Part shown: positions 1 through 9,595 of the stretch, piece after piece
How the letters are laid out: each line of letters opens with the position of its first letter
Numbering within the stretch: the stretch's first letter is position 1
NCBI GenBank assembly: GCA_964598995.1
Contig: CAZRDR010000067.1
Span: 1-40,407 of the forward strand
Direction: 5' to 3'
From: an uncultured Gammaproteobacteria bacterium
GTDB taxonomy: Bacteria; Patescibacteriota; Microgenomatia; Levybacterales; UBA12049
Length of the DNA: 40,407 bases
Made by a program: the position numbers and the translations under genes
The notes under the pieces: model-generated
Seen by the model: the letters and a program-made list of their open reading frames with translations, nothing else
Database searches by the model: none
Told to the model about the DNA's origin: nothing

Positions 1-387
1 GTGAAAAACGAAATATTTAATATCGGTGCCAAAGATTTCCAGACATGGCGGAAGGATTTAAAATTTGTGATTAAAACTGATAAATCACGCTCAAAGATTA
101 CTGGACTGCCGGTCTTACCAACACAGGTTATTTTACAGTTACTTGAACTTCTCCATTTATCTCCACTAGCTGCCTGGCATTATAAGACAATGCCGGTTGA
201 CTCGTATGTATCGATTACTAAAGCACACGAATTACTTAACTGGACTCCAAAAAAATCTAACCAAGACCTTTTGCTCGAGAGTTATTTATGGTACAAGAAA
301 AACAGGAATAAAATTTTAGATAGGAAAGGAAAGACTCATCGAGTAAACTGGAACTTCCGGTTACTTAATTTAGTCTCCAAAATATAA
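1..387 (+). CDS. NAD-dependent sugar epimerase/dehydratase family protein, C-terminal fragment (5' end outside window)
   Basis: The frame is open from base 1. The tail ...ITKAHELLNWTPKKSNQDLLLESYLWYKK resembles the C-terminus of SDR-type nucleotide-sugar epimerases. The GTG at base 1 is probably not the real start. Confidence 0.45.
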   Translation: MKNEIFNIGAKDFQTWRKDLKFVIKTDKSRSKITGLPVLPTQVILQLLELLHLSPLAAWHYKTMPVDSYVSITKAHELLNWTPKKSNQDLLLESYLWYKKNRNKILDRKGKTHRVNWNFRLLNLVSKI

Positions 388-392
388 AGGCT

Positions 393-938
393 ATGAGGAT
401 AGGCTTTGATTTAGATAAAATATTTGTTGACTATCCCCCACTCATCCCTGATCGATTGGTAGAAAGGCTTTATCGCAAGAAAGCAAATGGTGAGCTACTC
501 TATCGGATGCCTTCTCGACCCGAGCAATTAATTCGACAATTTTCCCATCTCAGTTATTTCCGCCCGCCAATTCATAACAACATCCATTTCCTCAAATCCC
601 TCACAAAAAAGAATTATCATCTCTTCCTCATATCAAGTAGATTTGGTTTTCTACAAAAACAGACTCTCGCGCTTATGCAAAAGCTAGAACTTGATCAGTT
701 ATTTGAGGCTATGTATTTTAACTTCGAGAACAAGCAACCACACATCTTCAAAAATGAGATCCTCAAACAGCTCAAGTTAGACAGTTACGTTGATGATGAC
801 ATTCATCTTTTAAAGTATATTGCTAAACAAAATAAAAAAACTGCGCTTTTTTGGCTCCATCCTGCTCCAACGAGCATCACTCACCCAAAAGAAATTACCC
901 AAATTGTTGAACTATCTGATATGCTGGCTGTCATATGA
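393..938 (+). CDS. HAD-superfamily hydrolase-like protein
   Basis: HAD-like motifs are present: GFDLDKIF (DxD motif I), LISSR (motif II) and YVDDD (motif IV). The stop overlaps the next start (ATGA). Confidence 0.45.
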   Translation: MRIGFDLDKIFVDYPPLIPDRLVERLYRKKANGELLYRMPSRPEQLIRQFSHLSYFRPPIHNNIHFLKSLTKKNYHLFLISSRFGFLQKQTLALMQKLELDQLFEAMYFNFENKQPHIFKNEILKQLKLDSYVDDDIHLLKYIAKQNKKTALFWLHPAPTSITHPKEITQIVELSDMLAVI

Positions 939-3166
939 TACTTTCTGATCTTTTCCTCTCACTTCAATGGTGGTTTTGTCTTTTTATCCTTGGCCTTATT
1001 TTTCTTCCTTTAACTCATTTACTTTTCCCACAATTTATTGATCGCGGTTATATTTTTAGTAAAAGTATCGCTATGGTTATTCTCTCCTATTTGATGCTGG
1101 TTATTGGCATCCTGCATATCCTTCCATTTCATTTTTTTAGTCTGATTACTATCCTTATTATCTTTAGCATAGTTTTCTATTGGGTACTTAAGAAGTGGAG
1201 CAATTTCTCATTACGTGAACTCTATACACCAGTTGTTCGCTGGCTACTTATTGAGGAGATACTTCTCCTTGTTATTTTCCTTCTTTGGGCATATATCAGA
1301 GCATTCTCACCGGATATTAACGGACTCGAGAAATTCATGGACTATGGCTTTGTTAACTCAATTCTCAAGAGTACTTATTTCCCGCCTAAAGACATGTGGT
1401 TTACTCCTTTCTCGATTAACTATTATTATTTTGGCCATCTCGTCACTGCTGTCTTAACTAAACTTTCCCTTATCTCCTCCAACTATACTTTCAATCTCAT
1501 GATAGCTACAATTGCGGGGTTAACCTTTGCGAGCTCTTTTTCTCTCGGCATCAACCTCTACCAGAAAATCTCAACCAAGACTCATGTCTTGAAATATATA
1601 GTAGTCGGATTACTCACTGCCTTTCTGGTAACCTTCGCCGGAAATTTACATACTCTCTACACACTTTTTAAACCATATGACACTGACCATCCAGTTCCTT
1701 TTTGGCAATTACAATTCGCACCAAGCACATTTCCAAACTCCTATTGGTATCCTAATGCCACACGTTTCATCTATCACACAATTCATGAATTTCCTATCTA
1801 TTCATGGACTGTCTCAGACCTCCACGGACATGTAAGTGATATTCCTTTTGTGATCCTTACTATTGCTTATCTCTACTCCTTATTCTTACTATCAGAAGGC
1901 AGACCAAATCAGCAGGTAAAAAAATCTAAAAATCGTTTAGCTTTTTACTACTCAAAACTAAGTAGGGAACTTCCGTTTAGTATTCCTTCCACTCTCTTTC
2001 TGACATTGCTCTTAGGTGTCATGTATATGACTAATGCCTGGGATGGCATCATTTATCTCTTATTAACACTACTGATTACTGTCTATCGAAAATGGCAGGC
2101 TATCAGAAAAACAGCTGGGCATATTATTGTGAAAGTGGGAGCACTAATTCTTGAGCTGGTTATTCCTATCGTTATTTTTGGAGTCAGTTTTTTTATCTTT
2201 ACGCTTCCTTTATCACTTTTCTTTAAGCCGTTCGTCTCAGGGATTGGCATTTTATGTGCCCCTTCTTTTCTAACCAATATTGGTCATCTCGGCCCACTGC
2301 TTTTTGAGCCAAACCATTGCCAACGCTCACCCTGGTGGCAGCTCTTAATTCTGTATGGTTTCTTCGCTTTTTTCGTAGCTCTCTTTGGGCTAACTCTTCT
2401 GAGAGTTAAAAAATTATTGCAGTCTGACCTTTATGTTATATTCCTCATTTTACTTTCAGCACTCTTGATCATTATTCCAGAATTTATCTATGCCAAAGAT
2501 ATCTATCCTGAGCACTACCGTGCAAATACCATGTTCAAACTCGTTTTCCAATCATTCATTATGCTCGCTCTCTCAAGTGGTTATATCATTAGCAGAATCT
2601 CAGGTTTTATAAAGAGTCATCGAAGTTTTTACAGCGGTGTTGTCTATGTCTTTTTCTTTTTCGTAACACTCGGTATGCTGACTATCGTCTTTATCTATCC
2701 TTATTTTGCCGTCATATCATATTATGGAGATCTTAAAACGTATAAAGGCCTCGATGGTACCAAATATCTTTCCGAGAAATATCCATCAGACTACGCAGCT
2801 ATTAAGGCAATGAATGAGTTTATTGAAGGTCAGCCAGTTATCTTAGAGGCACAGGGGGATTCCTATACCGATTATGCACGTGTCTCAGCTAATACTGGTC
2901 TGCCTACGGTGCTTGGCTGGACTGTTCATGAGTGGCTGTGGCGTGGGACGTATGACATCCCAGCCCCTCGCATCGATGAGGTAAAGACGATGTACGAATC
3001 AACCGATCTCGATCTAACAAAATCTCTTCTCAAGAAGTATGACGTGAAATATGTCTTTATAGGCACTCTTGAGAGAGAGAAATATCACGTGAATGAAACC
3101 AAATTTACAAAGTTAGGCAAGATCACCTATCAAAACGGAACGACTAAAATTTATCAGCTTGAATAA
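935..3166 (+). CDS. DUF2298 / 'YYY' domain integral membrane protein (GT-C-like)
   Basis: 743 aa and polytopic. It has the characteristic FSINYYYFGH motif and a C-terminal soluble domain, as in chlor_Arch_YYY family proteins. Confidence 0.75.
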   Translation: MILSDLFLSLQWWFCLFILGLIFLPLTHLLFPQFIDRGYIFSKSIAMVILSYLMLVIGILHILPFHFFSLITILIIFSIVFYWVLKKWSNFSLRELYTPVVRWLLIEEILLLVIFLLWAYIRAFSPDINGLEKFMDYGFVNSILKSTYFPPKDMWFTPFSINYYYFGHLVTAVLTKLSLISSNYTFNLMIATIAGLTFASSFSLGINLYQKISTKTHVLKYIVVGLLTAFLVTFAGNLHTLYTLFKPYDTDHPVPFWQLQFAPSTFPNSYWYPNATRFIYHTIHEFPIYSWTVSDLHGHVSDIPFVILTIAYLYSLFLLSEGRPNQQVKKSKNRLAFYYSKLSRELPFSIPSTLFLTLLLGVMYMTNAWDGIIYLLLTLLITVYRKWQAIRKTAGHIIVKVGALILELVIPIVIFGVSFFIFTLPLSLFFKPFVSGIGILCAPSFLTNIGHLGPLLFEPNHCQRSPWWQLLILYGFFAFFVALFGLTLLRVKKLLQSDLYVIFLILLSALLIIIPEFIYAKDIYPEHYRANTMFKLVFQSFIMLALSSGYIISRISGFIKSHRSFYSGVVYVFFFFVTLGMLTIVFIYPYFAVISYYGDLKTYKGLDGTKYLSEKYPSDYAAIKAMNEFIEGQPVILEAQGDSYTDYARVSANTGLPTVLGWTVHEWLWRGTYDIPAPRIDEVKTMYESTDLDLTKSLLKKYDVKYVFIGTLEREKYHVNETKFTKLGKITYQNGTTKIYQLE

Positions 3167-3168
3167 GC

Positions 3169-4326
3169 TTACTTCGATGTAGTTCTCGTTGTGGGGGATG
3201 GGGTTGGAGTAATTGGGCATCCGACATTCTCTACAAGACACCTAACATAACTCTGAATTTCTGAATAATTGCTTGGTCCTGCTTTAGGAACGAGCACCCA
3301 TGCTCCATTATAATGATTAGGATCTATAGGAGGATTAATGAGTAACTCTGGTCTTCCCACTGACTCATCTCCAGTATCAATAACATAATTTTTGGTCGTA
3401 GCACCTTTCATTTTCTGTGCCAGTTTCACAAAGTCATCATATTCATCTTTTTTAATATCAGTATCGATACTTGCCTGGAAGGTGTCAAAGAGACTGACAA
3501 GTTTTATTGGATTCAAAAGCGTTCCGGCTGAAAAGACTTTATCCTTAAATGCACTGATCACTTTTTCCTGACGCTTGGAGCGAGCAAAGTCGGAGCCTTC
3601 TGGTCCATAGGCATGGCGAGAGCGAACATATTTAAGAGCAGTCTCTCCATCCATATGCTGCAGTCCGGCATCAAAATGCAAGTGTTCAAATCGACATGGG
3701 AAAAGCTCTGAGTCAGTTGCACTCCCTGTTGCGATTTGTGCTGACATACTCGCAATTTCTTCTTCAGTATGTCCACAACTCTCGTCTTCCTTACCACTGA
3801 GTGGATAGGCATAATCATCAAAGGTTCGATCTACATTTATATCTAGACCACCGAGGTAATCTACTGCCTTTTCAAACCCACTAAAGTCAATTCGAAAACC
3901 ATAATCAATCTTTTGACCTAAGATCTTGCCAATTTGCGCTTTTGCGTATAATAATCCCTTGTCTTTTCCTTTGTCTAACCCTAGAGAATATATTGAATTA
4001 ACTCTTCCATTCACATCAGGTACCCAAAGGTCACGCGGAAGAGTGACCATAGTCACTTTTTTATTTTTTGGATCAATACTGGCAAAAATAATCGTGTCGG
4101 TTAAGTTGGGACCGTCATGCTTTCCGCCGCCAATACCTAAGAGCAGGATGTTTACACGCTGATCTTGTGTTTGTTTGAGACTAATGGTCTTGTTAAAAGC
4201 TACCTGATAGGCAACAGGAGCATAACTCAAAATTGCAAGAGCGACTTTGATACCAATCCCAAGCAGGATTACACCAATGACAAGTAAGATGAGTCGCTTA
4301 AGGGGTTTTTGACGACGAGTGGGCAT
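3169..4326 (-). CDS. LytR-CpsA-Psr (LCP) family cell-envelope polymer transferase
   Basis: N-terminal TM anchor followed by NILLLGIGGG...NLTDTIIFASIDPKNKKVTMVTLPRDLWV, which matches the LCP core. Confidence 0.85.
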   Translation of the reverse strand: MPTRRQKPLKRLILLVIGVILLGIGIKVALAILSYAPVAYQVAFNKTISLKQTQDQRVNILLLGIGGGKHDGPNLTDTIIFASIDPKNKKVTMVTLPRDLWVPDVNGRVNSIYSLGLDKGKDKGLLYAKAQIGKILGQKIDYGFRIDFSGFEKAVDYLGGLDINVDRTFDDYAYPLSGKEDESCGHTEEEIASMSAQIATGSATDSELFPCRFEHLHFDAGLQHMDGETALKYVRSRHAYGPEGSDFARSKRQEKVISAFKDKVFSAGTLLNPIKLVSLFDTFQASIDTDIKKDEYDDFVKLAQKMKGATTKNYVIDTGDESVGRPELLINPPIDPNHYNGAWVLVPKAGPSNYSEIQSYVRCLVENVGCPITPTPSPTTRTTSK

Positions 4327-4351
4327 ACGATCTGACTATTATAACAAATAG

Positions 4352-5044
4352 TTATGAGTTTTTTACAATCGCTGCAAAAGCATGCGGGTCAAGACTCTTA
4401 CCTCCAACGAGTACTCCATCGATGTCTTCCTGAGACGTATACGAATGCACATTGGTAGGATCGACACTACCGCCATAAAGAACATACGGTATATGCTTCT
4501 CGTGTTTAAAAAAGTGTGCAACTTCATTAGCAGATGCGGGATCAAGCGGCTTTCCAACACCTGCTGTACTAATCGCATCAAGCGGCTCATAAGCTAGGAT
4601 ATGCACCCCATCTGGGACAGGCGTGTCCTTGCCTTGAACGCAGACAATTGGCTCGAGTCCAAACCTTCGTGCTTCTTTTACCTTAGTTGCGATGAGTTCG
4701 TCTGTCTCCTGCAGCTCAAGCCGCCTCTCAGAATGTCCAACGATAACATAGTTAGCAAATTCTGCTAATTGCGATGCTGCTATCTCACCGGTATGTGGTC
4801 CTTCACTGAAAGGCGAGACATCCTGACCACCAAGAAATATCGGCGTCTGAGCCTCGCTTTTCTCAATCATACGGGCAAGTTCTGGAAGAAGAATTGTTGG
4901 CGGACAAATAATTACTCTTTTCGTCTCACGCTGCGTGTGATACCACGTAATAAATTCGTGATTGAGAAATTCACGTAAAAAACTATGTGCATCACCAACA
5001 GACTTATTTGATTTCCAATTCGCAACTAAGAAGAGCTTTTTCAT
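4352..5044 (-). CDS. tpiA: triosephosphate isomerase
   Basis: Motifs ANWKSNK, VGHSERR, AYEP... and YGGSV are present. At 230 aa it is shorter than typical bacterial TIM. Confidence 0.88.
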   Translation of the reverse strand: MKKLFLVANWKSNKSVGDAHSFLREFLNHEFITWYHTQRETKRVIICPPTILLPELARMIEKSEAQTPIFLGGQDVSPFSEGPHTGEIAASQLAEFANYVIVGHSERRLELQETDELIATKVKEARRFGLEPIVCVQGKDTPVPDGVHILAYEPLDAISTAGVGKPLDPASANEVAHFFKHEKHIPYVLYGGSVDPTNVHSYTSQEDIDGVLVGGKSLDPHAFAAIVKNS

Positions 5045-5088
5045 ATGCTACAATGAGTAACACCTTTCTCCTATTCTCAATATAAGCT

Positions 5089-6924
5089 ATGGACCATTCA
5101 CTTCTCAATGACCTAAATCCAGAACAAAAAAAAGCGGTACTTAATACTGACGGGCCAATGATTATTTTAGCAGGCGCTGGCTCTGGTAAGACACGAGTAC
5201 TTACCTATAAAGTCATGTACCTCATTCTTGAAAAAGGAGTAACGCCTGAGGAGATTCTTATGGTCACCTTTACTAATAAAGCAGCTGGAGAAATGAAGGA
5301 ACGTATGCAGAAATTCTTTGCAACCCTTCATGATGGCCTGCCAACAGGCCAGCCATTTGTCGCGACCTTTCACTCTCTTTGCGCCCGTATTTTACGTTTT
5401 GACGGGGAGCACCTTGGTATTTCGCGCAAGTTCACAATCTTTGACAGTAATGATCAGCTTGATGTCGTCAAAGAAGCGATGCACCGACTGATGATCTCGC
5501 CAAAGGATTTCAAACCTGCATCTGTCTTAGCAACTATATCTCAAGCAAAAAATGAATTAATTTATGAAGATGAATATGCGACCTTCGCTCGCGGGATTTT
5601 CCAACAGACTGTCGCTAAGATCTACCCTCTCTACCAAAAAATTCTTAAGGAGAATGATGCCTTAGATTTCGATGACCTGATCTTACGAACAGTAAAATTA
5701 TTTAAGCAAAACCCTGAGATTTTAGAAAAATATCAAAACCGTTTTCGCTATATCCTCATTGATGAATATCAGGATACCAATCGAGCTCAATATATTTTGA
5801 CCAAATTATTAGCAGACAAGTACAAAAATGTCTGTGTCGTTGGTGATTTTTCTCAAAGTATCTACAGTTGGCGAGGAGCAGATTACCGCAACCTTATTAA
5901 ATTCAATAATGATTTTAAAAATACGCAGACATTCTCACTCTCACAAAACTATCGCTCGACCCAAAAAATTCTTGACGCCGCCTCAACCGTGATCTCAAAA
6001 AATACGTCTCATCCTGTTCTCCAGCTCTGGACAGAAAATCCAACCGGTGATCCGCTTGAGATTTATGAGGCAACCAGTGAGCAAGATGAAGCAGATTTCA
6101 TTATCAGAACCATTATTAGTCTAGGTGTCAGTAAATTAAGCGATGTAGCTGTCCTGTATCGAACTAACGCCCAGTCCCGCGTCGTCGAGGAAGCTTTTCT
6201 TCATCATGGTATTCCATATACACTCATCGGCGGCACACGCTTCTATGAGAGAAAAGAAGTTAAAGATGTGCTTTCCTATCTTCGCCACACCGCCAACCGC
6301 AATGAGACGATTTCTTTGAAAAGAATTGAAAAACTCGGTAAAGGTCGGCTTGAGAGATTCCTTCTTTATCTCGAGAAGCACCCTAATACCGAGGATGTCC
6401 CAACCATTGAGATACTCGATAGTGTCATTGAGGCTACACGCTACCTTGAGATATATGACGAACACGATGAAGAGGATCGAGCTCGTCTTGAGAATATTAA
6501 AGAGTTGCGATCAGTTGCTATTAATTTCCCAAACATCACTGAATTCTTAGAAAACGTCGCTCTCGTCGAACAGGAATATACCTCAGGCCCTAAAGAAAAA
6601 CAGTTCAAAAATACGGTAACACTCATGACTCTTCACGCTGCCAAGGGACTCGAGTTCCCGGTAGTCTTTATGATCGGCATGGAAGAAGGCCTTTTCCCTC
6701 ATTCACGCGCACTAATGGATAAGCAAGAATTAGAAGAAGAACGACGACTCTGTTATGTCGGTATGACGAGAGCCAAAGAAAAGCTTTTCCTGACCCACGC
6801 TCGACGTCGTCTCTTTTTTGGTCAAAGAGCTACCAATACCATTTCTCGTTTTCTTATCGAGCTACCTGAGCACGTCATCGAACACAATGTCCATCGAAGT
6901 ATTCTGGTTGGTGACGAGTTCTAA
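5089..6924 (+). CDS. uvrD: UvrD/PcrA-type SF1 ATP-dependent DNA helicase (short, 611 aa)
   Basis: Motifs seen: Walker A GAGSGKT, DEYQDTN, VGDFSQSIYSWRGA, QNYRST, TLHAAKGLEFPVVF and YVGMTRAKEKL. Confidence 0.88.
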   Translation: MDHSLLNDLNPEQKKAVLNTDGPMIILAGAGSGKTRVLTYKVMYLILEKGVTPEEILMVTFTNKAAGEMKERMQKFFATLHDGLPTGQPFVATFHSLCARILRFDGEHLGISRKFTIFDSNDQLDVVKEAMHRLMISPKDFKPASVLATISQAKNELIYEDEYATFARGIFQQTVAKIYPLYQKILKENDALDFDDLILRTVKLFKQNPEILEKYQNRFRYILIDEYQDTNRAQYILTKLLADKYKNVCVVGDFSQSIYSWRGADYRNLIKFNNDFKNTQTFSLSQNYRSTQKILDAASTVISKNTSHPVLQLWTENPTGDPLEIYEATSEQDEADFIIRTIISLGVSKLSDVAVLYRTNAQSRVVEEAFLHHGIPYTLIGGTRFYERKEVKDVLSYLRHTANRNETISLKRIEKLGKGRLERFLLYLEKHPNTEDVPTIEILDSVIEATRYLEIYDEHDEEDRARLENIKELRSVAINFPNITEFLENVALVEQEYTSGPKEKQFKNTVTLMTLHAAKGLEFPVVFMIGMEEGLFPHSRALMDKQELEEERRLCYVGMTRAKEKLFLTHARRRLFFGQRATNTISRFLIELPEHVIEHNVHRSILVGDEF

Positions 6925-6952
6925 ATCTTTTCTTATTTTTACCTCTTCCTGC

Positions 6953-6958
6953 TACAAT
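6953..6958 (+). promoter_or_regulatory. -10 box (cTGCTACAAT) 7 nt upstream of the femAB-like ATG; leaderless configuration
   Basis: Sequence is TGCTACAAT-agagtgc-ATG. There is no Shine-Dalgarno. Confidence 0.5.
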
Positions 6959-6965
6959 AGAGTGC

Positions 6966-7988
6966 ATGAGTACTCATGAAGTTACCAAAGACGAAAGGAA
7001 AGCATACAACAAACTCGTTAACCACCCTCTCCAGTCGTATGAATGGGGAGTATTCCGCGAAAAAACTGGTCTAACAGTTCTCAGAGAAGGATTTTATGAT
7101 GGAGACAAACTCATCTCTGGCTTTACTCTTACACTCCATCCTATACCTAAAACTAAATGGAATATCGGATATTTACCAAAAGGTGAGATGCCGACTAAAG
7201 AACAGCTCCAGGTACTTAAGGAATTAGGCAAAAAACATCATTGTATTTTCATCCAGCTTGAACCTAACGAAAGGTATTCTGAAGAAAACGAAAAAAAACT
7301 CTATGCACTTGGTTTACAAAAAGCTGCCCATCCACTTTTTACGAAATATACCTTCATTCTCGACCTCACTCAGTCAGAGGATGAGTTATTTAAAAATCTC
7401 CACCCTAAAACCCGTTATAACGTAAGAGTCGCCCAGAGACATAGTGTAAATGTAAATGAGAAAAACACTGATGACGCTTTTGAGATGTATCTTAAAATAA
7501 CTGATGAGACAACCAAACGGCAAAAATTCTATGCTCATACACATTCCTATCACAAGCTTCAGTGGGAGACCTTAACCCATACAGCAACAAGTCCTTATAA
7601 CGAACTATCCTCTCACTTACTTGTCGCTACCTACAATATGAAGATGCTCGTGACATGGATCGTCTTTGTCTTTAAAGATACGCTTTACTATCCTTATGGT
7701 GCGAGTAGTAACGAACATCGTGAGACGATGGCATCAACGCTCATGATGTGGGAAGCCATAAAATTTGGGAAAAAGTTAGGGCTTAAGAAATTTGATATGT
7801 GGGGAGCATTAGGCCCTGAGCCAGATCCACTAGATCCATGGTTTGGATTTCATAGATTCAAACAAGGATTCCATCCTGAGCATGTCGAGTTCGTAGGAAG
7901 TTATGACCTCGTCCTTAATCCTGTTCTTTATTCACTTTACAAAGTAACTGACAAACTTCGCTGGCTTTATCTGAAAATAAAACACTAA
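6966..7988 (+). CDS. FemAB-family peptidoglycan bridge-formation aminoacyltransferase (FemX-like)
   Basis: N-terminal NHPLQSYEWGVFREKTG and an overall length of 340 aa are typical of the FemA/FemB/FemX family. Confidence 0.78.
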   Translation: MSTHEVTKDERKAYNKLVNHPLQSYEWGVFREKTGLTVLREGFYDGDKLISGFTLTLHPIPKTKWNIGYLPKGEMPTKEQLQVLKELGKKHHCIFIQLEPNERYSEENEKKLYALGLQKAAHPLFTKYTFILDLTQSEDELFKNLHPKTRYNVRVAQRHSVNVNEKNTDDAFEMYLKITDETTKRQKFYAHTHSYHKLQWETLTHTATSPYNELSSHLLVATYNMKMLVTWIVFVFKDTLYYPYGASSNEHRETMASTLMMWEAIKFGKKLGLKKFDMWGALGPEPDPLDPWFGFHRFKQGFHPEHVEFVGSYDLVLNPVLYSLYKVTDKLRWLYLKIKH

Positions 7989-9595
7989 TGCAGTCCTTCC
8001 TGTCCAAAATTTCTCAGCTTAACACACTTTACGTCGGTACCATTTTTTTTGTGCTGATACTGTTTTGTTATGGCAACACCTTGAGTAATGGTTTATTTTT
8101 TGATGACGAACAATTTATTTACAACAACACCTACGTAAAAAACTTTGACCTTGGCGGCATTTTGGGTAAAAGTCTTTCTTCCGAGTCAGGACAAATCAGT
8201 AATTATTACCGACCACTTCTTTTCTTGGGTTTTAGTATCGAGTACCAACTTTTTAAAGATGCTGGGATTATCTACCACTTCGACAGCTTTACGCTGCACT
8301 TTTTAGGCAGTCTCCTGCTTTTTCTTTTACTCAAAAAATTATTCCAAAATCAACTTCTCGCATTTGTAACTTCGCTTCTGTTTCTTATCCATCCGATCCA
8401 GACAGAAGCAGTTGCCTATGCGTCCGGTAGAGGTGACCCATTATCATTTGTATTTATCATATTAACTCTTCTGTTGGTAATATCTAAAAATAAAACACAT
8501 CATCTTATAAGTTACCTCTCACTCATTGCAGCACTTCTATCGAAGGAGATCGCACTCATGACACCGGGACTTATTTTTATAGTTCTGTTATTTTCCAAAA
8601 AATCTCTTTCGCGTCACGCCTTGTATAAAAGTATGGTGCAGACGCTTCCTTTTATTTTCATTACCGGTGGTTATTTCCTGTTACGTATCACCGTTCTTAA
8701 TTTTAATAACACACTCAACTTTTATAACTCGCAAAACGTCTACTCTTCAAGTCTACTCGTACGAATGTATACCTTTTTTACCATTCTTCCTTCATATCTC
8801 GGACTGCTTATTTTTCCCAAAGAGCTTTTCATGGAGCGAGATTCTGCGATAAAAATTTTTACCTATCCAGTTCTAAAGACAATTATTAGTTTTGGCTCTG
8901 TCGTGATTTTTTTCATACTCTCACTTTGGAAGAGAAAACAATATCCGATACTGCTATTTAGTTTGCTCTGGATCGGAATTGCATTTATCCCTGCTAGCGG
9001 CATTATCCCGATTAATGGAATTTTTTATGAGCATTTTCTGTACTTCCCATCGGTAGGATTTTTCCTCCTCTTCTCATATGGGATAGTAAAGCTTTTAGAA
9101 AAACTCTCAAGTACCTTCCAATCAGTCGTAGTAATTCTCATCTGTTGTATTGTCCTTACTTTATGTATCAGAACAATTGCACGTAATGTTGAGTGGCATG
9201 ACGCTATCACTTTTTATAACCAAACTCTCTCACATGTTCAAAGCCCACGAGCATACAATAACTTAGCCATGGCTTACGCAGAGACTGGAGATAATAAAGA
9301 CGCAATTACTGCATATAAAAAAGCTATCTCTCTTTCAGATGCATACCCAGAGAGTCATTATAATCTTGGCAATGCCTATGCCAGCTTACATGATATCCAA
9401 AATGCCGAAACCGAATATAAAAATGCTCTGAGAATAAGCCCCAGCTTTTATCTATCGTATATAAAACTTTATTCACTCTATAAAGCAACTAATAATCAGT
9501 CTGGTCTTAACTTTGTCTACGAAAGTCTTACTAATCTAGGCAAAGTTAATCAGCAATTCCTCCTGTTACGAGATCAGTTAAAGGCACAACCATGA
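7988..9595 (+). CDS. GT-C fold membrane glycosyltransferase with C-terminal TPR repeats (TMTC/PMT-like)
   Basis: About 11 TM segments with an FFDDEQFI loop-1 acidic motif. The C-terminus has TPR repeats (AYNNLAMAYAETGDNKDAITAYKKAISL..., HYNLGNAYASLHD...). The start overlaps the upstream stop (TAATG). Confidence 0.65.
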   Translation: MQSFLSKISQLNTLYVGTIFFVLILFCYGNTLSNGLFFDDEQFIYNNTYVKNFDLGGILGKSLSSESGQISNYYRPLLFLGFSIEYQLFKDAGIIYHFDSFTLHFLGSLLLFLLLKKLFQNQLLAFVTSLLFLIHPIQTEAVAYASGRGDPLSFVFIILTLLLVISKNKTHHLISYLSLIAALLSKEIALMTPGLIFIVLLFSKKSLSRHALYKSMVQTLPFIFITGGYFLLRITVLNFNNTLNFYNSQNVYSSSLLVRMYTFFTILPSYLGLLIFPKELFMERDSAIKIFTYPVLKTIISFGSVVIFFILSLWKRKQYPILLFSLLWIGIAFIPASGIIPINGIFYEHFLYFPSVGFFLLFSYGIVKLLEKLSSTFQSVVVILICCIVLTLCIRTIARNVEWHDAITFYNQTLSHVQSPRAYNNLAMAYAETGDNKDAITAYKKAISLSDAYPESHYNLGNAYASLHDIQNAETEYKNALRISPSFYLSYIKLYSLYKATNNQSGLNFVYESLTNLGKVNQQFLLLRDQLKAQP

